A stretch of 64,000 nt of DNA, from NCBI GenBank assembly GCA_964016885.1, contig OZ024750.1, forward strand, positions 53,754,001 through 53,818,000, given 5' to 3'. The notes below the pieces were generated by a model, which saw only the letters and a program-made list of their open reading frames with translations, had not been told where the DNA came from and did not search any database. Positions 1 through 12,053 of this stretch are shown one piece after another. The first letter of the stretch is position 1, and each line of letters opens with the position of its first letter. The DNA is from Eledone cirrhosa. Its lineage: Eukaryota. The position numbers were made by a program, and so were the translations under genes.

Positions 1-285
1 CTACTGACTGTAGGTTTCGCTTTGCACTTAGGCAAGGCGGGTCTTCTGTATTACTGCGTCGCGCCAAAGATCTCGGTCCAGTGACATTGTCTTGGAGAGG
101 TGTAAGTGTGTGATGTCGGAATTTATCAAGTCGTCCCAGGTTATTCTGGGTCTGCCTACTCCGTGGCTACCGTCTATTTTGATCGCCCTGCACTTTTTTT
201 ATACAGCTGTCTTTCATGCGCATCACGTGACCATACCAATGTAGTCTTCTCTAGAGTAAACAGCATCTGTACCTGTACAATACTA
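1..285 (-). mobile_element. RTE-clade LINE 3' ORF fragment
   Basis: Reverse complement matches about 36920-37190 of the RTE copy (WYGHVMRMKDSCIKKCR...GRPR..WDDLINSD). Confidence 0.85.
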
Positions 286-389
286 TCCAGTCAATTATTG
301 GTGCAACTGTTGTTTCATGGCTATATTGTACCACAGAATAGATTTTTATTAAATTTACATCTCTCTCTCTTTCTGTTTATATATATATA

Positions 390-973
390 CTAGCAGTAGT
401 ACCCGGCATTGCACGGGATAAGGCATTGTGAAATATATAACCGCCTTAGCTAAGCTTAGTATTGCCACAACCACGGCTGGCAAAGAAGTAAGGGTCTGGT
501 GGTACGTAAGTAAGCAACACTGTGGCTTAAAACGTGAGGAAGAAGTTGTGTGCACTTTCCAACTGTTTGGGGAATGAATGTGAGATTTGTCTTGAGCAAG
601 GGTGGCAGAATAACTGGATGCAGCAGACAGCTAGACATATAAAACAGATATTATAAGGGCGCGTTCTGGACGCAGAGCGAATTGTAGGAAGAGACGTAAT
701 GCAGACAGCCAGACAGATTTTATAAGGGTGCAACATTATATCTATCTATCTATCTAAAAAGAGAAAGACTAAGAATTATAGAGAGAGATCGCTAAATCGC
801 CTAATGCGGTCCCTAGGGCTTTGAAAATTTGAAATTTTTTTGCTCAGAACACTCTCTGAAATATAAATATTACATGTGTAAAGTTTGAAAACAGTCGGTT
901 GGGTGCTTCTCTAGTTTTAGGGATTCAAACTCACACACACACAGACAGACATCCTCAGTTTTATATATATAGA
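390..973 (-). mobile_element. Non-autonomous Helitron
   Basis: On the - strand it starts TC (+ strand GA 972-973), ends with hairpin CCCGTGCAATGCCGGG then CTAG (390-393), and sits between A and T in a TA-rich site. An (ACAG)/(CA) microsatellite lies near the 5' end. Confidence 0.7.
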
Positions 974-989
974 TATATATCCCCAAATC

Positions 990-1300
990 CAAGGCCTTCT
1001 TATTCATGTAGCAGGAACTCCTCCCTGTTTGACCTCCACTGCTTCCTATCTCTAGCTTTATTGGACCATTGCACCATCTTACCTTTGACTTCCCTCTGGT
1101 TCTTCTCCACTGCCTTGGTCCATTCTGTCACTCCAATAGTCCACCTGTTGTCTCTGAGACAAGAGATGTGGCCAGCCAATCAATGTCTCCCCTTCTTAAT
1201 GGTCTCCATTATGTCCTTCACACCTGCTGTCAAATCCAGGTGTTGCTCTTCCTGTTACATACAACATTAGAACAAAACACTTGCAAGTATTCAGAGCAGG
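990..1300 (-). mobile_element. Old LINE (RTE-like) C-terminal fragment
   Basis: The - strand reads LAGHISCLRDNRWTIGVTEW, resembling the WAGH..R..D.RW..V.EW motif of RTE ORF C-termini. Stops are present. Confidence 0.55.
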
Positions 1301-1732
1301 TCTCCTGTTTGTGTACCTTCATGTCACCCATCTTTGAGGCACCGAATAGGGCCATGGGCATTGCCCTTCCTTCTCAGAAGTGGACAGATCAGTGTGAATA
1401 TTTTAGTATTAAGATAGTGGCTTTAATGTTTAATATGATGTAGTCAGAATACTGTTCACGGCTGTCTTATACATAAGGTTGAACCTGGGCTTATCACTAT
1501 GTTGTGGCACTGCTACCTGTGGTTGTGGGGTGAAAGATTGCAGTGCCAGAGGTAGGCCTGAAATAAGTAAAAGCCTAGGGGGACGGCCATAGGTTGATAT
1601 GGACCATGTGCTTTTTTGTACTTTTTAAGAAACGTCTTAATGCAATGTTGTGTGGTACAGGACATTAAGAGTTAATGTGAATGTTGTAAAAGACAGAATT
1701 GTGTGTTGCCTGTGTGTTTATTTCTTACTTAG

Positions 1733-1937
1733 CCCTTTAATGTTCAAACTAGCCAAATCCTGCCAGAATTCTCTACCATTTTCTGTTGAAACTGGCTGTA
1801 ACTGGTCACTCAAACTGATGTTAAGGTATTGTTCTCAAAATAAATACTTTCAAAATCTCAGATTCGATATTATGTGAGATAAAACATTTACCAAGAAAAT
1901 ACAATAGTATATATAGAGTAAAGTGAATGCTAAAGGG
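1733..1937. mobile_element. piggyBac-type MITE (family 1)
   Basis: CCCTTTA...TAAAGGG termini with TTAG on both sides. Reverse-orientation homologue of 29583-29797. Confidence 0.75.
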
Positions 1938-2078
1938 TTAGATGTCTCTTTGTCATTTTACTCACACACAGGTAAATGTAATTTAGACACCAGAAAAAAA
2001 TATTTTAATTGAACACAAACAATACTGTAAAGAGAATAATAGTTTTGATGTTTGCATTCCTTCTCTTTATATATATAT

Positions 2079-2518
2079 GCAGAGGTTATATTTAATTTGT
2101 TGGGACTCAACAAGCTTAAACATTTTTATAACTGATATAAAGCACTCAACAAGTTAGTGGAGTAAATATACAATATATTAATAAATGGAAACTATATTTA
2201 TAAAAACATAATTATTTTATTATATATATTTCAAGGGCAACCAAGGTAGTTTATGGTGCGCTTTCATCAGATAAAATACAGATTTGTTTTATAAAAAAAT
2301 ATTGACATACCCGGAAAAAAGACAACCTCAACGGTTGAACAGCGAATTTCAACTGTTGAGGTTGTCTTTTTTTCCGGGTATGTCAATATTTATTTATAAA
2401 ACAAATCTGTATTTTATCTGATGAAAGCGCACCATAAACTACCTTGGTTGCCCTTGAAATATATATAATAAAATAATTATGGTTTTATAAATATAGTTTC
2501 CATTTATTAATATATTGT
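2079..2518 (-). mobile_element. Penelope-like pLTR fold-back (element D): about 170-bp inverted repeat plus about 90-nt unique tail
   Basis: Arms 2170-2339 and 2348-2518 are near-perfect reverse complements with an 8-nt loop. Each arm has a hammerhead motif. Flanked by (TA)n/(TG)n. Confidence 0.8.
2410..2475 (+). ncRNA. Type I hammerhead ribozyme (mirror copy about 2213-2278 on -)
   Basis: TATTTTAT CTGATGA [AAG.GCA.CCA...TGG.TGC.CTT] GAAA TATATA TA / ATAAAATA: canonical core, 8-bp stem I, self-complementary stem III. Confidence 0.8.
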
Positions 2519-2544
2519 GTGTGTGTATATATATATATATATAT

Positions 2545-2883
2545 GGAGGCACGTGGCTTGGTGGTTAGAGCATTGGCCTTGCAATCGAAAGGTTGTGAGT
2601 TGTTTGTGTTGTGATGTGTTGTTTCCTTGAGCAAGAGACTTTATTTCACATTGTTTTGAGGTCCCTATCATTCCACTCCAAAGTGGTCGTGGAGGTGCCA
2701 CGGCAAAAAAGCACCCAGCACTCACTGGTGTTAGGAAGGGCATCCAGCTGTAGAAATCAAGCCAGCATCAGTTCCCGTCCCACCTTTGCAAGCAGGGAAA
2801 AGTGGATGTAAAATGATGATGATGATTGCAAGCGTGGAACATGGACGTTAAACGATGATGATGGTGATGATGATGATGATGAT
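2545..2883 (+). mobile_element. tRNA-derived SINE with CORE-like body and RTE-derived 3' end
   Basis: A-box-like TGGCTTGGTGG, CCTTGAGCAAGA body, GGTGTTAGGAAGGGCATCCAGCTGTAGAA shared with the RTE 3' UTR, and (GAT)n tails. Confidence 0.8.
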
Positions 2884-2978
2884 ACATATATTTATATATG
2901 TATATATATATATGTGTATCTATGAACTGTGTGTGTGTTTTTCTGTGACTCACATTACTGAGCTGCATTGAAGCAAAG

Positions 2979-3014
<36 letters not shown>

Positions 3015-3347
3015 TCTCTCTCTCTCCCTCTCTCTCAAGTATATCAGGTCAAATGAAAATAACAAATAGACAGACAATTGGACACATAAATAAATATACA
3101 CATTCATGTGTGTGTGTATGTATATATATACACACATACATTTCACATACAGACATATATATATACATTTCACATACACACACACATATATATATATATA
3201 CATACATTTCACATACACACATGTATATATATATACATTTCACATACACACATATATATACATACATTAGACACTCCTTAAACAACTACATTCTGTGACA
3301 GGCAACTATTTCGGCTTCAGTCAATGTCAAATTAAATCTCTCACACG

Positions 3348-3410
<63 letters not shown>

Positions 3411-3929
3411 AGTTTTTTCACTCTGTTTTGAAATTTTAGTATTTAAAAGAAACACAAGTGACATCATATTATCACATATATGACATACATACACATGTAT
3501 ATATATATATATATATATGTGTGTGCACACACACACTATGAGGGTTTTCACTCAGTAATGTATTGAAATTTAAGTGTTTAAGCCACAAATATACAGGTAC
3601 ACGCACATACAACACATATATAAATATATTCAGTTATATATACATACATGTATATACACCAATTTCAGTGTATGTTATATAATATTATAATCAATCAGTA
3701 CCTCATGAACACTGGATCATATTTTCATGGTGTTAACTACTTCAATGGCTGTAAATACAAATAGGTTTGGTGAGAGAGGACCTCTGGAGTTTTTCTTCCT
3801 CTCATTTTGTTGTCCGATGTGTGGAGTATACGATTTAATGGTACACATTTTTCTTTATATTTTTTCACTCTACTTTTTCTGCCCCTGTCCACTCTCCTCT
3901 ATCTTTCTATTTCTTCTTTAATTTCTCTT

Positions 3930-4065
3930 CTATTTTCTGATAAAGGGCTAGCATTCAAAATATTAACTCTCTTTTCCTACTATATCAAGTGTAAAACTAA
4001 TATATTTCTTCATTGTACTGTTATTTGTTTTTTTTATTTCTCTTTATTTTCTGCATACATATATC
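3930..4065 (+). mobile_element. Decayed copy of the hammerhead-bearing pLTR family at 53.86 kb
   Basis: TTCTGATAAAGGGCTAGCATTCAAAATATTAACTCTC...TTCCTACTATATCAAGTGT aligns with TTCTGATGAAGGACTAGCGTCCGAAACGTTAAGACCCTC...TTCCTGCTATTTCAAGCGT. Confidence 0.6.
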
Positions 4066-4094
4066 ATCTTGAGTTGATATCCTGCCCATGTTAG

Positions 4095-4345
4095 CTTCAC
4101 CTTTCATTCTTACGGGGTCGCTGAAACAAAGTGCTAGTAACGTACTGGGATCCATTTAATCAACTGTCATCTCCCCCAAAAGTGTTGGTCTCACAACCAG
4201 GGATTGGCAGTATCGTTAGAGGGTCGGACGCTATGCTTTGCAGCATAGAGTTACGCCCCTTTATGATCTGAGTTCAAATCCCGCCGAGGTTAACTTTGCC
4301 TTTCATCCTTACGGGGTCGATAAAATAAAGTACCAGCAATTACTA
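4095..4345 (+). mobile_element. Two fragments of SINE family 2 (Meta-core-like)
   Basis: GCCTTTCATCCTTACGGGGTCGATAAAATAAAGTACCAG core. Homologous to 13606-13798. Confidence 0.7.
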
Positions 4346-4659
4346 ACAGTAGAAAAAAATATTTTTACTATTGTTAATACCTTCAGTATATTTATGTTTA
4401 ACCATATTACTATTATTAATATCCTTTTCTATATATGGTAGCTGGAAATTACTCAGCTATTGTAAAAGCATTTTTCATAGCAAGAATTTGTTCTCCTCAC
4501 TCCACATAATGATGTAATTCTCCTTGCATAGATTTCACTTATCTCAAGAGAACCCCCTTACATGCTACTGTTATGTCTTTCTATTTTCTAAAGCCAATAT
4601 TTTCTTCTCCTCTCTTTCTCCTTCCTTTTCTTCTCTCTCCCTTACATATCTGCTTCTTC

Positions 4660-5750
4660 CAACAGTTTAATTTAAATAGGTAATTTCTTTCTCTCCCATT
4701 CATTCTCCACATTCATCAGTCTCTAATAATGACATTTCCAGGCCTCCTTTTTCTGATCATTCGTGACACTAAGTACACCGGCATCCTTCCGGACACATTT
4801 ATCTCCAACAACATCCTGATTTTTCATTGACACACTGCCTTGCAATGCGGAACACTGCCTGTCTTTGATCTTCTCGTCGCAGAACATTGGCAAACCTTCT
4901 ACTGTCAGCTTTCCTGCGTGCTAAGTACACCTGACGTCTAGCTTCTCTCTTAGCGGCTGTATATTCTTCCCTACTCCCACCCTTTTTCCAAGCCTTCCAT
5001 GCTAGTCTTTTGTCTCTAATGGCCTTATCTACTGTGCTGTTCCACCACCAGGTCACTCTCTGTCTGGTTGGAGCTCTGCTCCCGCCACAAATTTCATCAG
5101 TAGCCTGCAGTAATTTGTCACGTAAGAAATTCCAGTTATCTATGTCATACGTCTCTAAATCGTCTTGGCAGGTTTCTGGAAGTTTGTGTTGCAAATAGTC
5201 AGTGTACTTGCATCACAAAATTCAAGAAGTCTCGTTCCTACATTTCTTGAGCCGTAACCGTGCCCACCATGAACCCCAGTGTAACCATCCTGGAACTGTC
5301 CAACATAACCATTGAAGTCCCCTGCTAGCATAATGATGTCTCCGTCCTCTGTCATTGCGGTTGTCTGTAAAAGTTGCTCGTAAAAGCAGTCTTTCTCATC
5401 TTTGCCTAGGCCTGCTTGGGGAGCATAGGCAGAGATGATTGTCAGTAGTCTCCTGCCTACAACTAATCTAAGCTTAATTATTCGATTACTAACTCGAACC
5501 ACTTCTATTGTCTTTTTGATCCATCTCTCAGCCAGGAAAATCCCTACTCCCCCTAACTCATCATCGTTACCTACCCAGAAAAGCTTATAGCTAAGATGTT
5601 TGCCTACGACTAGTCTCGCAGAAGCAACTCTCCATCTCACCTCTTGCTCGCTGCACACATCCACCTGCCTTCTCTCCAGCATCTCCGCTATTTCAGCAGA
5701 TCTACCTCTGAGAGTGCCAACATTAAGTGTTGCAACTCCGAGATGCTATG
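4660..5750 (-). mobile_element. RTE LINE fragment: apurinic endonuclease domain and linker, internally deleted
   Basis: ORF 5155-5682 has QEVRW, GVGI, ISAYAPQ, GDFNG and NTNFQK endonuclease motifs. ORF 4799-5194 has the WWWN linker. Homologous to 33980-34400. Confidence 0.9.
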
Positions 5751-6044
5751 TCTTCATATTTTGTTGTTGTTCCTATCTATTTGTTGCTGTGTTGCTAAGT
5801 GTTTTAGCATTGATACACTGGTTAGATGCCCTTCCTAACACCAGCGTCACTCTATAGCATGTACTGGGTGCTTTTATTTGTGCCACCAGCACTAGAGAGG
5901 ATGTCTTACTAGACTCAAGGGCCCTCTCTACCCCTCCATTTTACAGCATGGTCTTAAAAAAAAAAACACTTATTGACACGATACGCGCACACACTCTCAC
6001 CAACACTCATGCATACAAACTACAAACACACACACCACTCGCAT

Positions 6045-6132
<88 letters not shown>

Positions 6133-6199
6133 CCGGCAGTACTGATACAAAATCAAAATCATGTCAACTGTTGACTTTTTCCAGTCCAGTTCAGTTTTT

Positions 6200-6460
6200 G
6201 TATAATAATAATAATAATAATTGTTTGCTTTACGCTGGTGATGGTGTCGGTGGTGTCGGTGGTGGATGGTGGTGGCCGTTGTTGTTGCTGTCGTCGTTGT
6301 TGTTGCTGTTGTTGTTGCTGCTGCTGCTGTCATTGTTGTTGTTCTTCATTTCACTGCTGCTGCTGCAGACAATGGTGCTGTTGCTGTTATTGTAGTTGCA
6401 TATATATAAATACATACACACACATTCAACACAGACAATGGTGTTGTTGTTGCTGTGAGG
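6200..6460. repeat. Compound trinucleotide microsatellite (AAT, GGT, GTT, GCT)
   Basis: Direct reading of the sequence. Confidence 0.85.
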
Positions 6461-6641
6461 TGCAGTGAGATGTACAAGTTCAGTTCACTTGTCTCTTTTC
6501 CTCTCTTTTTAAAATTTGAATCTATGGCCTTTTGCAATGGCGGACAAGTAAGCGTAAAATGTAAATTTATATAATAAAATAAATATATATAATAAAACAT
6601 ATATTTTGATTATGTGAATGTATCCATTTATTAATATTTTG

Positions 6642-7173
<532 letters not shown>

Positions 7174-7180
<7 letters not shown>

Positions 7181-9625
7181 TGAAAAAGAACAAAGGAACT
7201 ATTATGACATTATAACAAGTTTATTGCCGACAGCCGTTTCGTCCGACCCCATGGTGGGACTTATCAAGGCATATAACATGTGATTGCAAGATCATTGTTT
7301 ACATCAACGTATCACTCAAGGCTAGCAGTTTGAAATTGTTGTATACATCAGCAACTCCGCTTTAAGGGGGGGGGGGCTCTTTTATATTAGTTGTCGGGGT
7401 CAGGGATTGAAGTTTGAAAATTAGACAAAAATATATAATTTACGCATCAACATTAAACCAAGAGACTTGGGGTCCCGTAGAAGCACCTCAGAAAATCCCT
7501 CAATGAGTGCATAAAGCTTACAGGCTCCAATACACCTATTAGTCTAGAAGAAAAATAAGAGGCTAATAAAATAAGAAAATAAAAATATAAAGTTTCCCTA
7601 AAAAATATATAGAGTTCCTATGAAATTTCTTCTAGAGAAAAAAAAATTTTTTTTTCCCAAAGAAAAAAACCTTCTTCCCCCAGATATCACGTTTACAAAA
7701 TTCAGAAAACTGAATTGAAAACTAGGTTGAAAGAAACTAATCAATTAGAGGTTAATTCAGAGAGCCTTCCATAAATCTCTCAGAAAAGGCCCCTTTACTA
7801 TTTCCAATAGGAACTTCTTCCGAGAGACCCTTTGAAGAATTAAAATTTTAGAGAGCCTTTGAGGATAAATATAAAAACGAATTGAGGAAAATTATGCATT
7901 AAAAGTTAAAAATTAAAAATTACGGTATTTGGGATATCTGAGGAATTTTCAAAGGGCTGCTTCAACAGATACAACTTAGGCATAATAGGTACAATAATCT
8001 AAGCAATTTAAGCAATTTAATTAGGGAGCAATTCAAGGAGTTTATCAAGTTGGGCAAGATTAAAGAAAGTGGTAACTAAGAAAATACATAAGCAAAAAGA
8101 CAATAATCATAAAATGTATCCTTAAGAAGGTACAAGGTAGCTTCCGTGATCTAACCCTGTATTATCACAAAAAAACATTCCAAGATTATTGATACAGGAT
8201 TAAAAATTATTACAAAATCATTACAAAATTACCACAAAATCATTACAAAATTATCAAATCATCACAAAATTACCACAAAATCATTACAAAACTATCAAAT
8301 TATCATAAAATTATCGCAAAATTATTACAAAATTATCATAAAATTATTGCAAAAATATAACAGGATGAACATTACTGGTGACCGTGTGGGCGCGATATCC
8401 ATTCTGCCTATGCAGTCCCCTGCACAGCTCCAGGCACGATATCCACTAGGCGTAAGCAGTCATCTGCATAGCTCCAGGCGTAATCATTTTTAATCCTGTA
8501 TCAATAATCTTGGAATGTTTTTTTGTGATAATACAGGGTTAGATCACGGAAGCTACCTTGTACCTTCTTAAGGATACATTTTATGATTATTGTCTTTTTG
8601 CTTATGTATTTTCTTAGTTACCACTTTCTTTAATCTTGCCCAACTTGATAAACTCCTTGAATTGCTCCCTAATTAAATTGCTTAAATTGCTTAGATTATT
8701 GTACCTATTATGCCTAAGTTGTATCTGTTGAAGCAGCCCTTTGAAAATTCCTCGGATATCCCAAATACCGTAATTTTTAATTTTTAACTTTTAATGTATA
8801 ATTTTCCTCAATTCGTTTTTATATTTATCCTCAAAGGCTCTCTAAAATTTTAATTCTTCGAAGGGTCTCTCGGAAGAAGTTCCTATTGGAAATAGTAAAG
8901 GGGCCTTTTCTGAGAGATTTATGGAAGGCTCTCTGAATTAACCTCTAATTGATTAGTTTCTTTCAACCTAGTTTTCAATTCAGTTTTCTGAATTTTGTAA
9001 ACGTGATATCTGGGGGAAGAAGGTTTTTTTCTTTGGGAAAAAAAAATTTTTTTTTCTCTAGAAGAAATTTCATAGGAACTCTATATATTTTTTAGGGAAA
9101 CTTTATATTTTTATTTTCTTATTTTATTAGCCTCTTATTTTTCTTCTAGACTAATAGGTGTATTGGAGCCTGTAAGCTTTATGCACTCATTGAGGGATTT
9201 TCTGAGGTGCTTCTACGGGACCCCAAGTCTCTTGGTTTAATGTTGATGCGTGAATTATATATTTTTGTCTAATTTTCAAACTTCAATCCCTGACCCCGAC
9301 AACTAATATAAAAGAGCCCCCCCCCCCTTAAAGCGGAGTTGCTGATGTATACAACAATTTCAAACTGCTAGCCTTGAGTGATACGTTGATGTAAACAATG
9401 ATCTTGCAATCACATGTTATATGCCTTGATAAGTCCCACCATGGGGTCGGACGAAACGGCTGTCGGCAATAAACTTGTTATAATGTCATAATAGTTCCTT
9501 TGTTCTTTTTCACTAATATTTCTGCTCTGCGTATACGCATAGAGCTTAACTAGCTACCGTCACATATTTGGTAAGTCAGACGTGATCATCGCGATTCACA
9601 TACGTCCTACCATACATCTTACTTA
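7174..9625 (+). mobile_element. Penelope-like fold-back (element A): 1039-bp inverted arms, 268-bp spacer, about 105-nt unique tail
   Basis: 7174-8212 is the reverse complement of 8481-9519, with about 5 mismatches seen. Hammerhead in each arm, (TA)n on both sides, faint GIY-YIG-like remnants (IGNSKGAFSERF near 8885). Confidence 0.8.
9422..9468 (+). ncRNA. Type I hammerhead ribozyme with U3-A8 covariation (mirror copy 7225-7271 on -)
   Basis: TGCC TTGATAA GTCC-12nt-GGAC GAAA CGGCTG TC / GGCA, followed by AATAAA. Confidence 0.8.
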
Positions 9626-9675
9626 TATATATATACATATATATATATCATATATATATACATATATATATATCA

Positions 9676-10085
9676 CTCTTGCCTCAAGTGGGACTACCCC
9701 CGTCCAAACCCATGCAAGCGTGGAACACGGACGTTAAACGTTGATGATGATGATATATATATATACATGTATATATATATATAGCATTGATACACTGGTT
9801 AGATGCCTACATGTATATATATATATATATACATGTATATATATATATATATGTATATATACATGTATATATATACATGTATATATACATGTATATATAT
9901 GTATATATATATATATACACATACTGTAAATGTGGTTGGTGTTAGGAAGGGCATCCAACTGTAGAAAACCCGCCAAACAGTCCTATGCGAGCAAGACAAC
10001 CACTCTTGCCTCAAGTGGGAAAACCCCCGTCCAAACCCATGCAAGCGTGGAACACGGACGCTAAACCTGATGATGATGATGTATA
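9676..10085 (+). mobile_element. Two short RTE 3'-end fragments in TA microsatellites
   Basis: CTCTTGCCTCAAGTGGG...CCATGCAAGCGTGGAACACGGACG-(GAT)n at about 9676-9752 and 9922-10080. Confidence 0.8.
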
Positions 10086-10114
10086 CATATATATATGTAT
10101 ATATATATATATGT

Positions 10115-11291
10115 ATCATCATCATCATCATCGTTTAACGTCCATGTTCCACGCTTGCATGGGTTTGGACGGGAGTTTTCCCACTTGAGGCAAGAGTGGT
10201 TGTCTGGCGGGTTTTCTACAGCTGGATGCCCTTCCTAACACCAACCACATTTACAGTATGGACTGGGAGGTTTTTACCGTGTTGCCTACACGGCCACATT
10301 AAAGGATTTTTTTGTCGTGACACCTACACGATCTCATTTGTTTCGGCCTGGATGTTGTGGCACCAACATAACTTTACATTGAAAGGGGCGGTGTGGTGGG
10401 ACGGGGGTGTATTTTGTTAGAGATGCCTACTGACTGTAGTAGGTTTTACTTTGTATTTAGGTAAGGCGGGTCTTCTCTATTACTGAGTACCGTCAAAGAT
10501 CTCGGTCCAGTGACATTGTCTTGGAGAGGTGTAAGTGTGTGAGGTCGGAATTTATCAGTTCGTCCCAGGTTTTTCTGGGTCTGCCTACTCCGTGGCTACC
10601 GTCTATCTTTATTGCCCTGCACTTTTTTATACAGCTGTCGTCTTTCATGCGCATCACGTGACCATACCAACATAGTCTTCTCTTGAGTAAACAACATCTG
10701 ATCCCTCTTATTCCTAATTTCTCCCTTAGTTCGTTTATGCTTTGCCGTTCACGTATATTACTATTACACATCCAGCAGAGAAGGCAAGCTTCGTTCCTCT
10801 CTAGTCTGCGTATATCCTCTGCACATAATGCCCAGGTCTCACTGCCATGCAACATTGCTGTTCGTACAACCTGCCTTTCATTTTTAGGGAGAGCCCTTTA
10901 GCGGCTAATAGTGGTATAAGCTCTCTGAACCTTTTCCATCCAGCTACTGTACTTTGAGAGCACCCTCCCCCACTGCCGATTTTGTCACCCAGGTAACCTG
11001 CGCAATTGAAAGAGCTAGTATTTTGTGGGCACTTGCTGCTACTTATTGCACCAGAGCACCGGCCACATGTAAAATCTATATTCTTAGTTAGCTTACCTGT
11101 CATCCCACTACATCTTTTATGCACCCATACTTTACATTTGGGACATCAAATGGAGTTTCTACCTACGCCTTTCCCGGAAGGGACCGGCGCCTTATTTTCT
11201 TTCCTACAAACTTTAGTCTTAGCCAGGTTAATTTTAAGGCCATTTGATTCTAGGCCATGCTTCCATGTTTGGAATTTCTTCTCTAGCTCAG
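10115..11291 (-). mobile_element. 5'-truncated, decayed RTE LINE with 3' UTR and (GAT)n tail
   Basis: ORFs 10493-10855, 10801-11124 and 11146-11424 match the C-terminal part of the 35119-37143 protein. Confidence 0.9.
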
Positions 11292-11321
11292 CATATATAT
11301 ATGTGTATATGTATATATATA

Positions 11322-11379
11322 TAAATGTAAGTATGTATGTATACGTACATACATATATGTATACAGACGTACAGTAGCA

Positions 11380-11427
<48 letters not shown>

Positions 11428-11864
11428 TATACATACAGGTACACATACATATATGCACGCATCAGTTTAGCGGACGCTTATTATAACGCCGCTTTGTTCA
11501 TTTGTAAACAAACTGAACAGCCTGAATTTATGCCATACGGTGTTAAGGCAACCACGTCACCTTTTTGTTCAACACTGACACAGGAACGATGTACTAGTTT
11601 CAAGCTTGTTAGCTATCATCAGCACCGTATACCCATCTGCCAGATAGTTGAACGTTCGAAAGTATATACTTTCCTTATGAAAATTAACGGCTGAGCAGCC
11701 TAATTTGCATATTGAGCGAGTTAAATCGGTCAGGCATACCGAAAACGATAAGTTGAAAAAAAATGAAAACGAAATTTCATTTCTCACTCTTAGTATGGCA
11801 CTTACTTAAATGTAAGTATGTATGTATACGTACATACATATATGTATACAGACGTACAGTAGCA

Positions 11865-11906
<42 letters not shown>

Positions 11907-12053
11907 TATACATACAGGTAGACATACATATATGCACGCATCAGTTTAGCGGACGCTTATTATAACGCCGCTTTGTTCGTTTGTAAACAAACTGAACAGC
12001 CTGAATTTATGCCATACGGTGTTAAGGCAACCACGTCACCTTTTTGTTCAACA
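11322..12053 (-). mobile_element. 485-bp hammerhead-containing unit present about 1.5 times (retrozyme- or tandem pLTR-like)
   Basis: Direct repeats 11322-11574 and 11807-12053, with a hammerhead in the unique part. Confidence 0.75.
11586..11628 (-). ncRNA. Minimal type I hammerhead ribozyme
   Basis: On -: ACGGTG CTGATGA T-AGCT-AACA-AGCT-T GAAA CTAG TA / CATCGT. Canonical core with palindromic ACTAGT stem III. Confidence 0.85.

Noticed and set aside
7174-9519. DNA foldback transposon or MITE
   Set aside because: The asymmetric unique tail, the hammerhead near the 3' end and the lack of a defined target duplication fit a Penelope-like inverted pLTR better.
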